A DNA stretch of 64,000 nucleotides from Leucoraja erinacea (GCF_028641065.1 NC_073381.1:83886001-83950000); one strand, 5' to 3'. Positions 1 through 10,784 are shown, counted from the first letter of the stretch. Numbers and translations: made by a program. Notes: a model not told the origin generated them from the letters alone.

Positions 1-4
1 TTTT

Positions 5-595
5 TAAAATCTCCATAATAAAAGGCCTATAAGGAAGGGTGGAACTTTTATAAAAAATCTCTATCGCTGGAGAACAATTACTTGGCAAACTAAAGACTGA
101 CAAGTCCTCTGGACCTGCTGCCCTACACAGTAGGGGTCTTGATGTGACTGCAAGGAAACTGGACATGTTAGTTGCATTCTTCCAAAATTCCAGAGATGTC
201 TCAGGACATTAGAAAAAAATTGAAACACAAGGGCATTATTTTTTTTAAAAGGAGGGAGACAGAACACCAAAAAAAACGATAGGGCAACTATCCCAATGTT
301 TATCATTGAGAAAATACTGGAATCATGGATGAAGAACAGAAGAACATTTAGAAAAATCATAAACAGTGCTGACAAGTTTGTTGAGCATGTAACAACGAGG
401 ATGAATAAAGGGAAAACCAGTAATTCTGGGTTTCCAGAAGGCATAAGATGTATGCTTGGGGTTGGAGGCAACCTACTGAATGTTATGGGGAGAGTAATAA
501 TTAGGAAAGAGAGTCAAGATAAACAGGTCATTTTCAGATTAGCAGTTAGTAAGAGTACCCCAGATAAGCGCAAGGCCTTCAACTGTTTATAATCT
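5..595 (+). mobile_element. Old, decayed CR1 LINE fragment
   Basis: Degenerate matches to CR1 ORF2 nucleotide motifs (gactgacaagtcctctggacctg, ttttttaaaaggagggagacag, tttccagaaggc). Confidence 0.5.
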
Positions 596-1078
596 GCAAA
601 TAGTTCTGTTGTAACACAACAGTAGGTTTCCTATGAAACCACAAGTTACAGAAAATTGCATTATACGAACAATTGTGTCAATGAGGTTAGGGGCGAGAGG
701 GGTACAGACACGCTCTAATAAAGTTATTTTTTCTTGCAAAAATAAAAGTTATTTTTAATAGCAAAGGTTTATTTTTTACCTGTAAATACGAACGGCTATA
801 GAGAACATTGTTTTACAGAGTATCACTGCACGTGTCAATAGAAGTGATTGATTGTTAATTTCAATCACTTCCCGCCCTGAAAGTAGCAGCTGTCTTCTGA
901 AGAGACAATGTGTCTGATTATGCTAGGAGACTATATAGAAACATTTTCCAAAACAGATTTTTTTCTCTCTTGCCAATTTCCAAAGTTACTTTTAAGCGGT
1001 TCTCTAGGTCTGAATAATACAATGGTATCATGTTCCCTAATTCATTGTTGTATCCAATTTGCACTGCAGAAACCCACA

Positions 1079-3531
1079 TTATAGAAACATAGAAATTAGG
1101 TGCAGGAGTAGGCCATTCGGCCCTTCGAGCCTGCACCGCCATTCAATATGATCATGGCTGATCATCCAACTCAGTATCCCGTACCTGCCTTCTCTCCATA
1201 CCCTCTGATCCCTTTAGCCACAAGGGCCACATCTAACTCCCTCTTAAATATAGTCAGTTAACTGGCCTCAACTACTCTCTGTGGCAGAGAATTCCAGAGA
1301 TTCACCACTCTCTGTGTGAAAAACGTTTTTCTCATCTCGGTTTCCCCCTTATCCTTAAGCTGTGACCCCTTGTTCTGGACTTCCCCAACATCGGGAACAA
1401 TCTTCCTGCATCTAGCCTGTCCAACCCCTTAAGAATTTTGTAAGTTTCTATAAGATCCCCTCTCAATCTCCGAAATTCTAGAGAGTATAAACCAAGTCTA
1501 TCCAGTCTTTCTTCATAAGACAGTCCTGACATCCCAGGAATCAGTCTGGTGAACCTTCTCTGCACTCCCTCTATGGCAATAATGTCCTTCCTCAGATTTG
1601 GAGACCAAAACTGTACGCAATACTCCAGGTGTGGTCTCACCAAGACCATGTACAACTGCAGTACAACTACAACGACATCCGGTAGGCGGCGCGGCTCTGG
1701 CCAGCAGCGGCCTCTGCAGCCTGTCCGCGTTTTTATTATTTTTTGTCTGTGTTTTTATGTAGTTTTTGTTATTTTATGTTGGGGTGTGTGTGTGGGGGGA
1801 TGTGTGGGGGGGGGGGGAAACTTTTGAATCTCTCCCTGCACTGGAGACCCGACCCTTTCTCGTCGGGTCTCAGGTGTCGTTGAGGCCGCAACGAGGAGCG
1901 GCCTCCAACAGGAAGAAGCCGGGGACTCTGGTGCCGACTCACCGTTGCCGTCGCGGAGCTGGCCGAGACCGGAGCGGGTGGTGGAGCGGTGGAGGAGCGC
2001 AGCTGCTGCTGCTGCCGCTGCTGATGCGAAGGCTGCTACTGCGGGTCTGCGGACGGCGGCACCGGGAGCCCGCGGGTCCCTGGAGGGAGACCGCTTTTCG
2101 GGGCTCCTGCAACGGCGAATTCTCCCGCCCGTGTTGCAGGGTTGAAGAGCTCCTGGAGCGGGGCCTGACACCACTGCCCCGCGCGGCTGGAATGGCCGCG
2201 GGACTTTGCGAGCGCACACCGGGGGCTCCAACACCAAGACCCGGTGTGCGACCTCGCACCACCCGGCGTGGCTTTAATGGCCGCGGGACAATCGCCATCG
2301 CCAGCCGGGGGCTTTGACTTTGACTCTGACATCGGGGGGGGGGGGGGGGGGGGGGGGGGGGAGTGCAGTGGAGAGATAAGTTTTTTTGGCCTTCCATCAC
2401 AGCTATGTGATGGATGTTTATGTAAAATGTAATTATGTTGTGTCTGGGGTCTATTTGTGTGTAATGTATGGCTGCAGAAACGGCATTTCGTTTGGACCTC
2501 CAGGGGTCCAAATGACAATTAAATTGACTCTTGACTCTTGACTCTTGAGTAGAACCTCCCTGCTCCTATACTCAAATCCTTTTGCTATGAAAGCTAACAT
2601 ACCATTCGCTTTCTTCACTGCCTGCTGCACCTGCATGCCTACTTTCAATGACTGGTGTACCATGACACCCAGGTCTCGCTGCATCTCCCCTTTTCCTAAT
2701 CGGCCACCATTTAGATAATAGTCTGCTTTCCTGTTTTTGCCACCAAAGTGGATAACCTCACATTTATCCACATTATACTGCATCTGCCAAACATTTGTCC
2801 ACTCACCCAGCCTATCCAAATCACCTTGCAGTCTCCTAGCATCCTCCTCACAGCTAACACTGCCCCCCAGCTTAGTGTCATCCGCAAAATTGGAGATATT
2901 GCCTTCAATTCCCTCATCCAGATCATTAATATATATTGTAAATAGCTGGGGTCCCAGCACTGAGCCTTGCGGTACCCCACTAGTCACTGCCCGCCATTGT
3001 GAAAAGGACCCGTTTACTCCTACTCTTTGCTTCCTGTTTGTCAGCCAGTTCTCTATCCACATCAATACTGAACCCCCAATGTCGTGTGCTTTAAGTTTGT
3101 CTACTAATCTCTTATGTGGGACCTTGTCGAAAGCCTTCTGGAAGTCCAGATACACCACATCCACTGGTTCTCCCCTATCCACGCTACTAGTTACATTCTC
3201 GAAAAATTCTATAAGATTCGTCAGACATGATTTACCTTTCATAAATCCATGCTGTCTTTGTCCAATGATTTCACCACTTTCCAAATGTGCTGCTATCCCA
3301 TCTTTAATAACTGACTCTAGCAGTTTCCCCACTACCGATGTTAGACTAACTGGTCTGTAATTCCCCGTTTTCTCTCTTCCTCCCTTCTTAAAAAGTGGGG
3401 TTACGTTTGCTACCCGCCAATCCTCAGGAACTACTCCAGTATCTAAAGAGTTTTATAAGATTATTACTAATGCATCCACTATTTCTGGAGCTACTTCCTT
3501 AAGTACTCTGGGTTGCAGCCTATCTGGCCCT
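1079..3531 (-). mobile_element. CR1-clade LINE (5'-truncated), split by an insertion at 1664-2547
   Basis: RT ORFs 2451-3332 and 1332-1655 (YLDFQKAFDKV, GVPQGSVLGP, FADD, RPHLEYCVQFW); (TTTCTATG)n tail at ~1080; near-identical to the 37826-40008 copy. Confidence 0.95.
1664..2547 (+). mobile_element. Non-autonomous GC-rich retroelement with Rex1-like 3' end, nested in CR1
   Basis: Interrupts the CR1 at GCAGTA^GAACC with AGTA duplicated; (GACTCTT)n tail; no RT ORF; its 3' 230 nt recur at 12214-12443. Confidence 0.85.
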
Positions 3532-3681
3532 ATATAGCAGATCTACCTGTATGTTAACAATTTGGATGAGGGGACAGTGTTCTGTAACCAGTTTTGCTGA
3601 TGATAGATAGGCAAGCGGATTGGCAAATTATGGGGAGGGCAGAGTGCCTGTGAAAGGATTATACAAAAATAATTGGATATA

Positions 3682-3876
3682 TAGACACAAAATGCTGGAG
3701 TAACTCAGCGGGACAGGCAGCATCTCTGGATAGAAGGAATGTAGTCTGAAGAAGGGTCTTGTCCCGAAACGTCATCCATTCCTTCTATCCAGAGATACTG
3801 CCTGTCCTGCTAAGTTATTCCAGCATTTTGTGTCTATCTTTGGTGTAAACCTGCATCTGCAGTTCCTTCCTACACA
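3682..3876 (+). mobile_element. Penelope-like pseudo-LTR in inverted arrangement
   Basis: ~58-bp inverted repeats (3683-3740 / 3778-3836) enclosing a hammerhead-like core. Confidence 0.75.
3746..3773 (+). ncRNA. Minimal type I hammerhead ribozyme motif
   Basis: CTGAAGA-A-GGG(tcttgt)CCC-GAAAC-GTC. Confidence 0.7.
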
Positions 3877-4175
3877 ATGATTGAATATAAAGTTGGCAAA
3901 TTGTGAATAATGGGGAAATTGTACTAGGTTATCCACTTTGGAAGAAAGAATGGAAAAAAAAAATATTTACATGGATCAGGACTATAACATGTTGTGGTAC
4001 AAAGGGACCTTAAAGTACAGGTACTAGCATGCGAAAAGGTTACACACACCAACCACAAGCAATTAAGGAGGCTAATGCAACATGGCCTTTACTGTAACGG
4101 ATTACAAATGTCGGGAAGTTCTAATGCTACTTTACAGAGTCCTGGTAAGCCTTTACCTAAAAAAAAAACAACATG

Positions 4176-4305
4176 CAGGTCTGAAGGGTCTCGACCCGAA
4201 ACGTCGCCTATTTCCTTCGCTCCATAGATGCTGCCTCATCTGCTGAGTTTCTCCAGCATTTTTGTCTACCTTCGATTTTCCAGCATCTGCAGTTCCTTCT
4301 TAAAC
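4176..4305 (+). mobile_element. Penelope-like pseudo-LTR fragment (hammerhead core with deletion)
   Basis: ctgaag-ggtctcgacccgaaacgtc followed by the conserved gatgctgcc...ccagcatctgcagttcc. Confidence 0.7.
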
Positions 4306-5125
4306 ATACAGGTCTTTGTGTTTTTGCATTGGAGGCATTATGGAGAAGGTTGATGTGCAAAAAAGGTTGATCTTACAGTCATTGGACTCAGCGAATGAGG
4401 GGTAATCATATTGAAACATACAAGATTCTGAAGGGGACTGACAAGGTGGTTGCTGAGTGGTACCTAATGGGGAAACCTAAAACTGCAGGGCTGAGTTTCA
4501 AAATAAGGGGTCACAAACAGTAGTTAAGATGGAGACGAGTATAACTTTAATTTGCTCAAAGGTTCCTGAATCCTTAGAAATCTTTATTTCAGAGTACTAA
4601 CTATGGAAAACTGACATTTAATCAACATCACAGATTATCATTGAAAGATACAGAATGGAACAGGCCCTTTGGCCCACACTTATCTATCCTACTTTCTCAT
4701 CCATTTCCTACATATGAGGTGCAATTGACCAATTAACCCACACACCCGCACGCCTTTGTCATGTTTTATCACGCCTCTGCACCTCAGAATGCTTACTATC
4801 AGGTTGTATCACAGCTTGATTTGGGAACCAATAAATGGCAGAGAGGTGTGGATGTAGCCCGGCCCATCACATAGACCAGGCTTCCCACCAATATCTCTAT
4901 CTACACCACCCTGCCTCAGAAAAGCAGGCAACCTGATCAAAGACTTGCCCCACCCCAGTAATTCCTTCTTCGCCCGGTTCCCATCCTGCAACAGGCACAA
5001 CAGCTTGAAAGCCTCCACCATCAGACTCAGGAACAACTTCTTCCCCACTGTTATTGGGCTTCTGAAAGGTCCTTCCATAAGCTGGGGTACTGTCCAATTC
5101 ACCTCTACCCCAAGTACCGACATTG

Positions 5126-5726
5126 GACTTTGAACTGCTCTCCCAGGACAAGAAGGCTCTGCAGAGAGTAGTGCGTTCGGCCGAACGCACTATGGGAACT
5201 ACACTCGCCCCTCTGCAGGAACTATACATCAGAAGGTGCAACTCCAGAGCCAACAAGACCATGGGGGACCCCTTCTACCCCAGCAAAGGACTGTTCCAGC
5301 TGCTACGTTCAGGCAAACGCCTCCGTTGCCATGCTGTGAGAACGGAGAGGATGAGAAGGAGTTTCTTCCCAGAGGCCATTAGAACTGTAAACTCCTATCT
5401 CTCCAGGGACTAACGTTACTGTGTTCAAGAAGGACGTCGCCCATTTCCTTCGCTCCATAGATGCTGCTGCACCCACTGAGTTTCACCAGCAATTTTGTGT
5501 ACCTACTAACTTTACTGTACCATTTTACTGTTGTGTGGTGTCTTTTTAAAATTGCTGTTTTTTCCCTTTTCTTCCCTCCCACAAATATGTAATATGTGAA
5601 TATGTATTTCTGTTCCATTCTGTTTTTAGTTTGTTTGTTTTTTTCGCCAAATCCACGAGCATTGCCACTTTTCATTTCACTGCACATCTCATATGTGTAT
5701 GTGACGAATAAACCTGACTTGACTTG
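5126..5726 (+). mobile_element. Rex1/Babar LINE 3' fragment
   Basis: ORF QDKKALQRVVRSAER...RRSFFPEAIR; 3' stem-loop, AATAAA and (GACTT)n tail; small pLTR piece inserted at ~5420-5505. Confidence 0.8.
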
Positions 5727-5911
5727 TCTAAGGAACTGATGCACTACAAAGCTAAGAACTATATTCTGCACTCTATCTTCAGATTCAGATTCAAACTTTA
5801 TTGTCATTGTGCAGTGTACAGTACAGAGAAAACGAAATGCAGAATCTTCCCCTTTGTTCTACTTTACATTGTAAGCGAGTTTGATTGTGTTTATGTAATG
5901 TATTATCCTAT

Positions 5912-6045
5912 CTGTAGGAAGGAACTACAGAGGCTAGATTATACCGAAGATAGACACGAAATGCTGGAGTAAATCAGCGGGACAGGCAGCATCGCTGAAG
6001 AGGAGGAATGGGTGACGTTTCAGTTCGGAACCCTTCTTCAGACTC
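5912..6045 (-). mobile_element. Penelope-like pseudo-LTR with hammerhead motif (6014-6041)
   Basis: Reverse complement reads ctgaagaagggttccgaactgaaacgtc. Confidence 0.7.
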
Positions 6046-6064
6046 CGATGAATATCCTCTGAGG

Positions 6065-6767
6065 AAGAGCACCGTGGGGAGAGGGGACACATTATGGGGA
6101 GAGGGGACATATTGTGGGGAGTGGGGACATATTGTGGGGAGGGGGACATATTGTGGGGAGGGGGGACACATTGTGGGGACACGTGGGGGGGGGGACACAT
6201 TGTGGGGAGGTGGGGGGGGGGGACACATTGTGGGGAGGGGGGACACATTGTGGGGGGGGGGGGGACACATTGTGGGGAGGGGGGGACACATTGTGGGGAG
6301 GGGGGGACACATTGTGGGGAGGGGGGACACACTGTGGGGGGGGGGGGACACATTGTGGGGGGGGGGGACACATTGTGGGGAGGGGGGGACACATTGTGGG
6401 GAGGGGGGGACACATTGTGGGGAGGGGGGGACATATTGTGGGGACACCGTGGGGGGGGGGACACATTGTGGGGAGCACCGTGGGGAGGGGGGGACACATT
6501 GTGGGGAGCACCGTGGGGGGGGGGGGACACATTGTGGGGAGCACCGTGGGGGGGGGGGGACACATTGTGGGGGAGCACCGTGGGGAGGGGGGACACATTG
6601 TGGGGAGCACCGTGGGGCGGGGGGGGACACATTGTGGGGAGGGGAGCATACCGTGGGGAGGGGGGACATATTGTGGGGAGGGGGGCACCGTGGGGCGTGG
6701 GGGGGGGGACACATTGTGGGGAGCACCGTGGGGAGGGGGGACATATTGTGGGGAGCACCGTGGGGGC
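6065..6767 (+). repeat. G-rich minisatellite in YIPF3 intron 1
   Basis: ~21-nt unit GGGGACACATTGTGGGGAGG(G), with a ~33-nt variant containing AGCACCGTGGGG. Confidence 0.95.
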
Positions 6768-6851
6768 TGCCGACAGACCAGGGGGATCTGCAGGGAGGGG
6801 AGATGTCAAGGGATCCACGGTGTACACTCTAAACGGCAGAGTTTCTTTAAC

Positions 6852-6947
6852 CTGCAGCATTGTCTCCTCGAAGGCTCCCCATTCGCCGTTCTTTGTCGCT
6901 CCGCTGCCGGTCCCCGCTGCCGCTGCCGCTGCCGCCGCCGCCGCCAT
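6852..6947 (-). CDS. YIPF3: YIPF3 (Golgi Yip1-domain family member 3), coding exon 1; remaining exons lie outside the window
   Basis: ATG at 6947 gives MAAAAAAAAAAGTGSGATKNGEWGAFEETMLQ followed by donor CAG|GTTAAA. This resembles the human YIPF3 N-terminus (..GPEWGGFEENIQ, exon 1 ends at Q). It is head-to-head with POLR1C, as in mammals. Confidence 0.85.
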
Positions 6948-7184
6948 CGCTGGTGCCACCACCGGTCTGGCCCCGCGGCGATCGCAGTAAACACCGACCG
7001 TCAACACCGGAGGCCGTGACGTGGACCACAAAGCCCCGCGCGACTACGCCGAGGACGTTGCGGGAGGTGTGGCGCACGTCATGCGGGAGACGTGTTATAC
7101 GTCATTCGGGACCCACGGTCCCTGGGAGGCGGGGCATGCGCTGTGCGTGCGGGTTTGAACTGCTGCTGCTGCTGCGGCTGCGCA
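6948..7184. promoter_or_regulatory. Bidirectional CpG-island promoter and 5'UTRs of YIPF3/POLR1C
   Basis: 237 bp between divergent ATGs, CpG-rich. TGACGTGG at 7017-7024, CACGTCA at 7075-7081, TACGTCA at 7098-7104, NRF1-like GCATGCGC at ~7134-7141, short (CTG)n at 7160-7174. Confidence 0.85.
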
Positions 7185-7262
7185 ATGGCAATGGCGGGCG
7201 GCCGGGAGCACGTCGAGCTGATTCGCAACCGAGTGGTTCTCAAGGAGTTCAGTGTCCACAAT
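7185..7262 (+). CDS. POLR1C: POLR1C (RNA polymerase I/III subunit RPAC1/RPA40) exon 1
   Basis: MAMAGGREHVELIRNRVVLKEFSVHN|gtgagt, homologous to human ..RSRVVLGEFGVRN. Alternative in-frame ATG at 7191. Confidence 0.93.
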
Positions 7263-7361
7263 GTGAGTGTGTCGCCCCGCGAACATGGTTCACATGTGAT
7301 CTCGGCTGCTGTCGCCACTGATTTGTCATGTAGCTGCTGTTAATTCTTTATAACCCCTCAG

Positions 7362-7433
7362 GTCCACACCACCGACTTTCCCGGGAACTACCCCGGCTAC
7401 GATGACACGTGGAGCCAGCGTCGCTTCGAGAAG
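7362..7433 (+). CDS. POLR1C: POLR1C exon 2
   Basis: cag|[24 protein letters not shown]|gtgggg; intron 1 is 99 nt. Confidence 0.96.
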
Positions 7434-8390
7434 GTGGGGACAGTGACAGGGTGGGGGTGGGGACAGTGGCAGGGTGGGGGTGGGGACAGTGGCAGGGTGG
7501 GGGGGGGACAGTGACAGGGGGGGGGGGGGGGACAGTGACAGGGTGGGGGTGGGGCCAGGGGTGGGGGTGGGGGACAGTGGGGACAGTGACAGGGTGGGGG
7601 TGGGGACAGTGGCAGGGGGGGGGGGGGGGACAGTGACAGGGTGGGGGACAGTGACAGGGTGGGGGGTGGGGACAGTGACAGGGTGGGGGTGGGGACAGTG
7701 ACAGGGTGGGGGTGGGGACAGTGACAGGGTGGGGGTGGGGACAGTGACAGGGTGGGGGTGGGGACAGTGACAGGGTGGGGGTGGGGACAGTGACAGGTGG
7801 GGGTGGGGGGTGGGGGTGGGGACAGTGACAGGGTGGGGGTGGGGGGACATTGGGGACAGTGACAGGGTGGGGGTGGGGACAGTGACAGGGTGGGGGTGGG
7901 GACAGTGACAGGGTGGGGGTGGGGACAGTGGCAGGGTGGGGGTGGGACATTGGGGGTGGGGACAGTGACAGGGTGGGGGTGGGGACAGTGACAGGTGGGG
8001 GTGGGGACAGTGACAGGATGGGGGTGGGGGACATTGACAGCCAGGGGTGGGGGGGGGGACAGGGTGACAGGGTGGGGGTGGGACATTGACAGTGACAGGG
8101 GGGGGGGGGACAGGGACAGGGTGGGGGTGGGGACATTGACAGCCAGGGGTGGGGGGGGACAGTGACAGGGTGGGGGCGGGGACAGGGTGGGGGGTGGGGA
8201 CAGTGACAGGGTGGGGGTGGGGGTGGGGACAGGGACAGGGTGGGGACAGTGACAGCCAGGGGTGGGGACAGTGACAACCAGGGGTGGGGACAGTGACAGG
8301 GTGGGGGTGGGGACAGTGACAGCCAGGGGTGGGGACAGTGGCAGGGTGGGGGTGGGGACAGTGACAGCCAGAGGGTGGGGGGGGGGGACG
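7434..8390 (+). repeat. G-rich minisatellite in POLR1C intron 2
   Basis: 23-nt unit GGGTGGGGGTGGGGACAGTGACA, beginning at the exon 2 donor. Confidence 0.95.
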
Positions 8391-8825
8391 GGGGCTGCCC
8401 GAAGGGTGGGGTATGGGGGTAGCCAGGGGGTGGGGGAATGGGGTGGGAAAACCAGGTATCCAGGGGGTGGAGTTAGGTATGGGGGCAAGGAGTCGCGCAC
8501 AGGTCTCTGTTGATACTCCCTCCTGCCTCTGCATCGAGCCCCTTAAACTTGTGCTCCCTCCTTCTTGGGTCATAAGAAATTGCAGATTCCAAACAGTACT
8601 TGAAATACCTTCATTAAATCGTACAGCACAGAACCGGGGTCCTTTCAGCTCACATCATCAATGCTGACTCTAATACTTATCTATACTAATTCCATTTGTC
8701 TACATCAGGCCAAATACATCTGCACCTTCCATGTCTTAAAGTATTTGTTCCAATGTCTTTTAAACTTTGTAATTATATCTGTCACCTACCACCTCTGGCA
8801 GCTTATTCCAGATAACTACCAATGC

Positions 8826-10205
8826 CAGCATTTAGTTCAAGAGGGCTAGAATACAAAAACAGGAATATAATGCTGAGGCTCTATAAGGTGCTGGTCAGGC
8901 TACATTTGGAGTATTGTGAGCAGTTTTGGGTACCATGTCAAGTCAAGTTTATTCGTCACATACACATATGAGATGTGCAGTGAAATGAAAAGTGGCAATG
9001 CTCGCAGACTTTGTGCAAAAAGACAAACAAACAAACAACCAAACAAACTACAAACAGAATGGAACAGAATCACATATTCTTTTACATATTAAATATTGTG
9101 GGTGGAAGGAAAAAGGGAAAAAAACAGCAATTAAAAAAAAAGCAGTAGAGTGGTACAGTAAAAGTTAGTCCCTGGTGAGATAGGAGTTTACAGTCCTAAT
9201 GGCCTCCGGGAAGAAACTCCTTCTCAACCTGTCCGTTCTCACAGCATGGCAACGGAGGCGTTCGCCTGACTGTTGCAGCTGAAACAGTCCGTTGCAGGGG
9301 TTGAAGCGGTCTCCCATGATTTTATTGGCTCTGGAGTTACACCTCCTGATGTATAGTTCCTGCAGGGGGGGGGGAGTGAAGTTCCCATAGTGCGTTCGAC
9401 TGAACGCACTACTCTCTGCAGAGCCTTCTTGTCCTGGGCAGAGCAATTCCCAAACCAGATTGTAATATTTCCGGACAAGATGCTTTCCACAGCCGCTGAG
9501 TAGAAGCACTGCAGGATCCTCGGAGACACTCTGAATTTCCTCAATTGCCTGAGGTGGTAAAGGCGCTGCCTTGCCTTACGAGTGCTGCAGCGTGTGATGT
9601 CCATGTCATATACTCAGAGATGTGGACTCCCTGATATTTAAAACAGCTCACCCTATCCACAGTATCCCCATTTATCCTCAATGGTGTGTACGTCCTCGGA
9701 TGATGTGCCCTCCTAAAGTCCACGGTCAGTTCCTTAGTTTTTCTGATGTTCAAGAGGAGGCTGTTGTCCTGACACCAGAGTGCCAGATCAGCCACCTCCT
9801 CCCGGTAGGCCTTCTCATCGTTGTCTGAGATCAGGCCCACCACCACAGCGTCATCAGCAAACTTGATTATCTGAGGAAGGATATGCTGGTCCTGGAGAGG
9901 GTCCAGAGGAGGTTTACAAGAATGATCCCAGGAATGAGTAGGTGAATATATGATGAGTGTTTGACGGCACTGGGCCTGTACTCGCTAAATGAGGGGGGAC
10001 CTCAGTGAAGGGCTTGTATAGAGTGGATGTGGAGAGGATATTTCCACTAGTGGGAGAGTCTAGGTCTAGAGGTCACAGCCCCAGAATTAAAGGACGTTCC
10101 TTTAGGAAGGAGAAGTGGAGGATCTGGAATTATTTGTCACAGAAGTCTGTGGAGGCCAAGTCAGTGGATATTTTCAAGGCAGAGATAGATAGTTGCTTGA
10201 TTGGT
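8826..10205 (+). mobile_element. CR1 3' fragment split by a Rex1 insertion (pieces 8826-8936 and 9869-10205)
   Basis: ttggagtattgtgagcagttttggg..ccat continues as atctgaggaagga after the insert; ORF KGLYRVDVERIFPLVGESRSRGHS. Confidence 0.75.
8937..9868 (-). mobile_element. Rex1/Babar LINE (5'-truncated)
   Basis: KFADD..VVGLISDNDEKAYREEV..WCQDNSLLLN..KTKEL.VDFRR and ARQRLYHLRQLRKF; same 3' end as 5126-5726. Confidence 0.88.
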
Positions 10206-10208
10206 ACA

Positions 10209-10466
10209 GTTTTAGTTTAGTTTAGAGATACAGCGCGGAAACAGGCCCACGGCCGGCCAAGTCCACATCGACCAGCGAGCTCCACACTATCCTACACACA
10301 CTAGGAACAATTTACACATACACCAAGCCAATTAACCCCCACGCGGTCATGGAGAGAACGTACATGCTCCATACATACAGCACCCGTAGTCGGGATCGAA
10401 CCCGAGTCTCCGGTGCTGCAAGCGCTGTAAAGCAGCAACTTTACCGCTGCGCCTCTGTAGCCACCC
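10209..10466 (-). mobile_element. tRNA-derived SINE (chondrichthyan HE1/V-SINE type)
   Basis: Pol III A/B boxes (GGCGCAGCGG; GGGTTCGATCCC), CR1-like 3' end gcctgtttccgcgctgtatctc, (TAAAC)n tail. Confidence 0.8.
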
Positions 10467-10784
10467 TGTGGGTGTCAGGAGTTATGGGGAGAAGGCAGGA
10501 GAATGTGGTTAGAAGGGGGAGATAAATCAGAGATGATTGCATGGCGAGTAGACTTCTTGGGCCGCATGGCCTAATTCTGCTCCTTTCATTTAAGACCTTA
10601 GAACCTCTGAAAAACAGTTTGCTTGCAGCATTACTCACTTTCAATTAATGGTTGTGGAGAAAATTGTTGCCTGGCTTTGCAAACTATGCATACACCAGAA
10701 TCAACTCTGTTTACCCAAGGGGTAGAAGTGAAAAATCACGAGTCCCTTGTAAAGTGAGAGGCATTTGACCTTTGTCTGCATTAG

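Noticed and set aside
600-830. Possible Tigger/Tc1-type MITE
   Set aside because: Putative TIRs are too degenerate to support a call
1664-1740. HDV-like ribozyme at the 5' end of the GC-rich element
   Set aside because: Could not build the nested double pseudoknot by eye; no support
1755-2518. Overlapping 160-190 aa ORFs in the GC-rich insert
   Set aside because: Open in multiple frames owing to high GC; no recognisable domain
1-6060. Further YIPF3 exons
   Set aside because: No exon 2-like sequence (GGGSAVIDMENMDD) found on the - strand; the region is repeat-derived intron
5934-8573. Long Pro/His/Cys- or Gly/Trp-rich ORFs on both strands (up to 415 aa)
   Set aside because: Translations of stop-free G-rich minisatellites, open in several frames; only the embedded YIPF3/POLR1C exons are real
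10209-10466. tRNA-like A/B boxes as tRNA genes
   Set aside because: They are SINE heads without a full cloverleaf, attached to LINE-like tails
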